Below are positions 58,868 to 64,000 of a stretch of 64,000 nucleotides of DNA, in pieces. Position 1 is the stretch's first letter. Every line of letters begins with the position of its first letter. Where the stretch lies: assembly GCA_041571435.1 (NCBI GenBank), contig JBFFUI010000002.1, positions 64,001 through 128,000 of the forward strand, read 5' to 3'. Position numbers and translations under genes: made by a program. This DNA comes from Sulfurimonadaceae bacterium (GTDB taxonomy: Bacteria; Campylobacterota; Campylobacteria; Campylobacterales; Sulfurimonadaceae). The notes beneath the pieces were generated by a model that saw only the letters and a program-made list of their open reading frames with translations, made no database searches and was not told the DNA's origin.

Positions 58868-60688
58868 ATGTTGATGGCAATACGGAACAAACGTAAAGCA
58901 ATTGGTTTAAGTCTCATTGTAACACTGGGGCTTGCTTCTGCATTGAACGCAGGTATTATTACAACGCAGCAACAAGCTGCACCGAGTGTAGCACCTGGAT
59001 TTAATGGTTTGAATCTGGATAACGTCGATGTGTTGATGACGGATGACTTGTTTGATCCGGCAGGGTTTTCCGGAACAGGTGATTTCAATAAAACGGATGG
59101 CTCTTACCCGACAATGACCTATGGCGACTCTTTTGAGAGCCAGGTAAAAGATGACAGCGGTACAGTCATGGTAAAACTTCACGGCAAGACCTGGCCTGTA
59201 GGCGAACCGCTGGGTATAAAAGTCATTACCGATTCGCCGGGCGACCCTCAAAACGGAAAACCGGACAACTGTATTATGACGACCTCTTATCTGGATACAG
59301 GCTACCTGGATACAGACAGTCCTAATCCAACCAACTGTAACAGTCCATTCCAGACCCACAAACGTTTCAAAGCCAACCTGCAGCAAACGCTTGTTGACGG
59401 TGCGGGCGTTGAGAGCTTTGATCTTGTCTTCAATGTCGCACCCGAAGCGGATCCGGCAGTGCGCCGTTACCAGCTCTTTCAAAAGATCAACAACTACACG
59501 CAAGAGCGACTCTCGGGCTATAACGTTGAAGTCGGTTTCGGTGTCGGTGCAAACTTTACGCGTGCCGATTCAGCTGACATTACCCTTTCGATCGGTGAAG
59601 GCGAAAATGCAGGAGATGACATCTGGGCAGAAGCGGAACGCGCGACCTTTGCACACGGTCTTTGGGGACCGGTAGATAAGCACTTCCCGGTGCCTGGTTT
59701 CTTCAGCCAATACTCTGCAGGTTTTGAAGTCGCACTTGACGGTGACCAGAAAGGGGCGACTTCCGGACCTTCACTGGACGTAAACTATAATAGCAACTAT
59801 CTAACACTGTTCGGCGAATGGCTGCCGAGAAAATGGGCACCGACTGGTATTTTCCACGATTTTGACGATGATCCGACAACAGATGCGGATATCGTAGCAT
59901 TTTGGGCAGACGTTGATGGTGACGGCACCTACGCCTGGACCTATGGCGGACCAAATTTCAACCTGGTCGACAACGCCACCCTTGAGTCATGGGCGGCAGA
60001 CCGTCTGTACAGTGTCGGACTCATCGAAGATGTCCTTAACCTGGGTCTGAACTACATCATCAATATCGGTGATGTTACGACATTCGATGACTTCAACGCC
60101 ACCAGTGAGACAGCGACATTTACGATTCGTATCACACCGGTCAAAGGAACGACCGGAACGGAACCGGGCTGGATCACAAATCCGCCGATTCTCGGTACGG
60201 CGGGAAGCCTGGGTGCCGTTTCAATCGGGGCCGATCCGTTTGCACCGGGTGATGTATTGACCATTATTGTCACGGATGGCGATCTCAACGAAGACAACAC
60301 GACCATTGAAACTGTAGAGATCAATGTGACAAATACGCTCGGTGAGACAGAGCTCGTGACGTTGACAGAGATCGCGCAGACATCGGGGTACTTCAGAGGT
60401 ACACTCGCTACCAACGATTCAGACGTGGCAGGTACAGATAACGACGGTATTCTGAACGTAACGAATGGTTCACTGGTGACAGCGACCTATAACGATGCCG
60501 ATGACGGTACTGGAAGCCCTGCTGTTGTAACGGACACGGCACTGGCACAAACACCGGTTACGCCACCGCCAAGTAACAACGATACAGCTGATGGCTTTTC
60601 AACGATGGATAACGTCAGTCTTTTCGCAATGATCTTCGGATTCCTTGCCATAGGCGGTTTCATCGCACGTAAACGACTCGCCAAGTAA
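58868..60688 (+). CDS. Choice-of-anchor F-like secreted surface protein with a C-terminal TM/basic sorting tail
   Basis: Signal peptide; NCIMTT, C.SPFQTHKRFK, QKINNYT..RL.G...EVGFG recalled from this family; Ig-like segment; ends DNVSLFAMIFGFLAIGGFIARKRLAK. Confidence 0.7.
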   Translation: MLMAIRNKRKAIGLSLIVTLGLASALNAGIITTQQQAAPSVAPGFNGLNLDNVDVLMTDDLFDPAGFSGTGDFNKTDGSYPTMTYGDSFESQVKDDSGTVMVKLHGKTWPVGEPLGIKVITDSPGDPQNGKPDNCIMTTSYLDTGYLDTDSPNPTNCNSPFQTHKRFKANLQQTLVDGAGVESFDLVFNVAPEADPAVRRYQLFQKINNYTQERLSGYNVEVGFGVGANFTRADSADITLSIGEGENAGDDIWAEAERATFAHGLWGPVDKHFPVPGFFSQYSAGFEVALDGDQKGATSGPSLDVNYNSNYLTLFGEWLPRKWAPTGIFHDFDDDPTTDADIVAFWADVDGDGTYAWTYGGPNFNLVDNATLESWAADRLYSVGLIEDVLNLGLNYIINIGDVTTFDDFNATSETATFTIRITPVKGTTGTEPGWITNPPILGTAGSLGAVSIGADPFAPGDVLTIIVTDGDLNEDNTTIETVEINVTNTLGETELVTLTEIAQTSGYFRGTLATNDSDVAGTDNDGILNVTNGSLVTATYNDADDGTGSPAVVTDTALAQTPVTPPPSNNDTADGFSTMDNVSLFAMIFGFLAIGGFIARKRLAK

Positions 60689-60702
60689 ACCCGGTATTGG
60701 CA

Positions 60703-60731
60703 TCATGCCCAGGTAGTTCATCTGGGCATGA
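60703..60731 (+). terminator. Hairpin after the surface protein gene
   Basis: tcatgcccag-N9-ctgggcatga. Confidence 0.65.
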
Positions 60732-60838
60732 CTATACACCTCATCTCTTTCCAACCCCTCTTTTTCCCGCTTATACTTATACATCGCTAACGCTCTTCGC
60801 CTATAATTTTATTATCTGAATAATACAAAGGTTATAAG

Positions 60839-61411
60839 ATGAAAACAAATACAAATCAACGTAGAGATTTTTTGAGACTATTGGGTCTCGGTGCCATTGC
60901 AACGGCTTCGACAGCATTTGCAAGTGGTGGTGGCCGTAACAAACAAACGGTTGAATTGACTGAAGAACAGAAAGATACACTTTTCTTCATCTTCCAGGAA
61001 GAGAAAGTGGCAAGGGATGTTTATATCACCTTGGGCGAGCTCTATCCGGAGGAGTCAACATTTGCCAATATCCAGCTTTCAGAGCAGGAGCATATTTTGT
61101 CGGCACAGGTCCTGTGTGAACGTTACGGCATCGATACCTCAAGCGTCAACCTCTCGCTGGAGGAGGAGTATGTGGGGCAGTTTGAACTGCTGGCGATGCA
61201 AGAGCTTTATAACAACTGTATCGGCCTCGGTTCCGTCTCACTGCTCGAAGCACTTAAAGTCGGCGAGTTGATCGAGCTGACCGATATTGACGATCTTGAA
61301 GAGGCTGCCGAGGGGATGCCGTCGGATGTTGTCAAAGTCTACGACAACTTGAAAGCAGGAAGCCTGAACCATTTGGATGCATTTCAAACAGCGATCGCCA
61401 GAGAGTCATAA
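60839..61411 (+). CDS. Tat-exported DUF2202 ferritin-like protein
   Basis: QRRDFLR twin-arginine signal; EEKVARDVY, F.NI..SEQEH, E..DI.DL, NL..GS.NHL.AF. Confidence 0.85.
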   Translation: MKTNTNQRRDFLRLLGLGAIATASTAFASGGGRNKQTVELTEEQKDTLFFIFQEEKVARDVYITLGELYPEESTFANIQLSEQEHILSAQVLCERYGIDTSSVNLSLEEEYVGQFELLAMQELYNNCIGLGSVSLLEALKVGELIELTDIDDLEEAAEGMPSDVVKVYDNLKAGSLNHLDAFQTAIARES

Positions 61412-61440
61412 ACGGTACATAATAAAACGAGGAGAAGACC

Positions 61441-61863
61441 ATGAACATGCTAATGATCAACACCCCTGTGAAAAAGAAGCTGACACTCGCTCTCCTCGCC
61501 TACTACGAGACACTTAAACGAGGGGATCTGCAGGCACAGTCTACTCTGATGACAAAAGAGTCCTATCTCCTTACCTTGGAAGCTGTGGGGTTTAAACGCG
61601 CATTCAAAGATCCCGAATTCAAAGCCCTTCTAAAAAAAATCAGCGATGATGAAAAGGCACTGCACACAGTTGAGACAATACTCTCAAATGATTTGGCTGC
61701 CGAAGCAAGAGAACATGACATAGCACTTCTCTCATTTGATCCGAAAGGGTCAGACCGCATGACCGTCCGTTACACGGAAGACGGGCACCCTAAAAAACTC
61801 TACTTCTCATCGCTCTCCGGAGAGTGGAAGATCGACTATAAAGCCGGCCGGCGAAAAATATAA
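61441..61863 (+). CDS. Hypothetical protein (possibly NTF2-like)
   Basis: AGGAG RBS; YYE.L..GD...WKI pattern. Confidence 0.65.
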   Translation: MNMLMINTPVKKKLTLALLAYYETLKRGDLQAQSTLMTKESYLLTLEAVGFKRAFKDPEFKALLKKISDDEKALHTVETILSNDLAAEAREHDIALLSFDPKGSDRMTVRYTEDGHPKKLYFSSLSGEWKIDYKAGRRKI

Positions 61864-61868
61864 CGACC

Positions 61869-62168
61869 CTATTTAAGGGTTAAGATATGCTGCGCCAACG
61901 CCGCGGCATCATCCGCATCCACACCTTTTAATTTCGCCTGGTGCATACCTAGGTAGCGTGACGAGACTTTGCTCGTTCCATCCAGAAACGCCCGGATGCT
62001 TGTCGTCATCTGCTCTTCACTTAGCGTGTTAAGCTTGGGTGAGGTCTTCAAAGCGATCTTTTCCCCCTTCTTGCCGTGACACATCGCACACTTTTTATAG
62101 ATAGATGCGCCATCGAAAGCGGAGAGTGCCAATGCACCCAGGGTCAGCAACAAAACAATCTTTTTCAT
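61869..62168 (-). CDS. Periplasmic monoheme class I cytochrome c
   Basis: Signal peptide, DGASIYKKCAMCHG, distal Met (LGMH). Confidence 0.92.
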   Translation of the reverse strand: MKKIVLLLTLGALALSAFDGASIYKKCAMCHGKKGEKIALKTSPKLNTLSEEQMTTSIRAFLDGTSKVSSRYLGMHQAKLKGVDADDAAALAQHILTLK

Positions 62169-62331
62169 CTTTTCCTCTCTATTCTCTCTCTTTTACGCTA
62201 TTTTAAAACAGACTTGCTTAAAATGGATGTTAATCAAATCTCTTCAAAATCATTAAAAAATCACCCCTTGGTAGGATGCATTTTTTGTTTTTTTTGACTA
62301 CTCAAATGTATCTTAATAAAAAGGAGTCTTT

Positions 62332-63693
62332 GTGAAGCAGCTACATCGTTTTGCCTTGTTTTCATGCTGTCTGCTCTTATTTGGCTTTTTGGAAAACGCA
62401 CAGGCTGTTCCCGGTTTTGCACGACAGACCGGGTTAGAGTGTATGATGTGTCATACCCAAAACCAGACCAAACTGAACCGTTTTGGACGCGAGTTCGCCC
62501 GTTCAGCCTATACCATGAGCTCGGAGTCCGGTGCACAGTCGCTTATCGACGGCGAAGCACTTGGCCTCAGTATTCCCTCGGTGCTTAACATGTCCTTGAT
62601 GTTAAAAGGACGGATCGAAAAAAGTGACGGGGCCATCAACGGAAAAGGCAATGTCCTTGAATCAAAAGTTGACGGCGAGAAGATCGACAGCAACCGCGGA
62701 ATCTATGAGTTCTTCAAAACCTCGACCATCAATGTTGCCGGGCGCGTCGCCAACAATGTCGGTACGATCATCGAATTTAGAGAGAAAGAGGGCAAAGCGA
62801 TCTTCGGCGGAAAGATCGCAACCGCTTTTGAAACAGGCAGCGGCTATAGCGGTCTAGCCGTCTATTCCACAAACAACTATGGTCCGTTCAGCGGAATCGA
62901 AAGTTACAATACCGGTCTCTACAAGCCCTTGCGCCAGTTCGAAAATCACAAATTGACCAACGCTGCCCAGGCATCCGATCTTGGAAGCGGACCGGCCACC
63001 GGTCTGCAGCTTTACTATGGAGGCGAAAATCTCTTTGTGACACTCGGTGCCTATGTGCCGATACATAACAATGACGGCATCGACATTGGCGACAGCATGA
63101 TCCCTTTTGCCCGAATAGCGTATGAGCAGCCTCTCGGTGATTTGACGCTTACTGTAGGGGCTTTCGGTATCAGCGGTACTGCTACAGCCAGCAATACCAC
63201 ATTTTATCCTGCACTCTCGGGTCTGATCCCCGATGCGCTTGTCGGGGTAAAAAAAGAGGCCTACGGTTTTGACCTGCAGCTCGAAGGTGTCATCTTGGAT
63301 ATCGAGACATTGATGACCTTTGTTGCTGTACCGAAAAACAAAACAACGCTGAGTGATGCCTCCTTGATGGTCTATGAGACAAAACCACTCTCTGACTCAG
63401 TCTATGGTGAACCGGAAGACGCTGAGACGGCAGCCTACTCTGTCGATCTCTCCATCCACCCATGGCCGTCGCTTGGCTTTAAAGTGGCCTACTTGACCGC
63501 CGACGACAGCGGCCCACACACCTATGAACTCGACAAGATCGACGTCAAGGACAAGGACGCCGTCACACTCGGGTTTGACTATTCATTCCGTCAAAACGTA
63601 TTGCTGACCATGGAGTACTCGATGGTCAATGCAAAAAAAGAGGAGATCGAAAACTATAACGATCTCTTAACTGTTCTAACGATCTCATTTTAA
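62332..63693 (+). CDS. Cyc2-like fused monoheme cytochrome c / outer-membrane porin
   Basis: Signal peptide AQA|VPGFARQTGLECMMCH...KLNRFGREF...Y, then amphipathic beta strands ending in Phe (LTISF). Confidence 0.85.
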   Translation: MKQLHRFALFSCCLLLFGFLENAQAVPGFARQTGLECMMCHTQNQTKLNRFGREFARSAYTMSSESGAQSLIDGEALGLSIPSVLNMSLMLKGRIEKSDGAINGKGNVLESKVDGEKIDSNRGIYEFFKTSTINVAGRVANNVGTIIEFREKEGKAIFGGKIATAFETGSGYSGLAVYSTNNYGPFSGIESYNTGLYKPLRQFENHKLTNAAQASDLGSGPATGLQLYYGGENLFVTLGAYVPIHNNDGIDIGDSMIPFARIAYEQPLGDLTLTVGAFGISGTATASNTTFYPALSGLIPDALVGVKKEAYGFDLQLEGVILDIETLMTFVAVPKNKTTLSDASLMVYETKPLSDSVYGEPEDAETAAYSVDLSIHPWPSLGFKVAYLTADDSGPHTYELDKIDVKDKDAVTLGFDYSFRQNVLLTMEYSMVNAKKEEIENYNDLLTVLTISF

Positions 63694-63702
63694 ATGGAGT
63701 GT

Positions 63703-64000
63703 ATGATGAAAAAAATGACTAAAAACGTACTATTGTTCTCAACAGTCTTACTGCTGACCGTGGCAGAGTCCGCTTATGCTCAACCCGGATTTTCACGCCA
63801 GACGGGTAAAGAGTGCAGCGCATGTCACGTCCAGAACATGCCGAAACTCAACAGCTACGGTCGCCACTTTGCCCGTTCAGGCTATACGCTTTATGACACC
63901 GAAAATGAGCTGCAGTCTGCAATAGAGGGCTCAGACATGCCGTTGAGCCTGCCAGGCGTCTTGAATGCTTCGGCTGTCTTGAAAGCGCGCTACAGCAAAG
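63703..64000 (+). CDS. Second Cyc2-like cytochrome-porin (runs off the window edge; not in ORF track)
   Basis: Manual translation (GGAG RBS): MMKKMTKNVLLFSTVLLLTVAESAYA|QPGFSRQTGKECSACHVQNMPKLNSYGRHFARSGY...LSLPGVLNASAVLKARYSK. Confidence 0.85.
   Translation, partial: MMKKMTKNVLLFSTVLLLTVAESAYAQPGFSRQTGKECSACHVQNMPKLNSYGRHFARSGYTLYDTENELQSAIEGSDMPLSLPGVLNASAVLKARYSK

Noticed and set aside
1-64000. Many 60-230 aa ORFs overlapping real genes (e.g. 8167-8868, 5821-6420, 25900-26505, 30154-30783, 57296-57958)
   Set aside because: Antisense or off-frame shadows of well-supported genes, with no recognisable motifs.

Overview
A 64-kb chromosomal window from a Campylobacterota bacterium, probably a free-living Sulfurimonas/Sulfuricurvum-like lineage (inferred from gene order, tRNA-Arg(GCG), and HP0268-, HP0958- and LpxJ-like genes). 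The backbone is housekeeping: nhaD, nadB, uvrC, lon, bamD, recG, hpf, rimO, tilS, miaB, nusA, mqnP, miaA, smpB, the ffh-rpsP-khpA-rimM-trmD-rplS block and waaA. Embedded accessory or unusual modules: (1) tandem Cyc2-like cytochrome-porin genes at the right end, beside a divergent c553-type cytochrome, a Tat-exported ferritin-like protein and a surface-anchored protein; (2) two paralogous hybrid kinase-like proteins that have lost nearly all phosphotransfer residues; (3) a PAS / double-Hpt / NIT hybrid kinase / CheY-like operon with a periplasmic HDH...CxxCK insert; (4) an MSHA-like minor-pilin cassette whose 1223-aa adhesin has about 20 bacterial N-glycosylation sequons; (5) an ars operon with a redox tail and a perfect 13-6-13 operator; (6) a triply disrupted hydrolase pseudogene; (7) a long, alternatively folding leader upstream of rpsP. 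No CRISPR array, rRNA, IS element or prophage was seen. All family calls come from motif recognition by eye, not database searches; several start codons were moved from the ORF track using RBS or overlap evidence.
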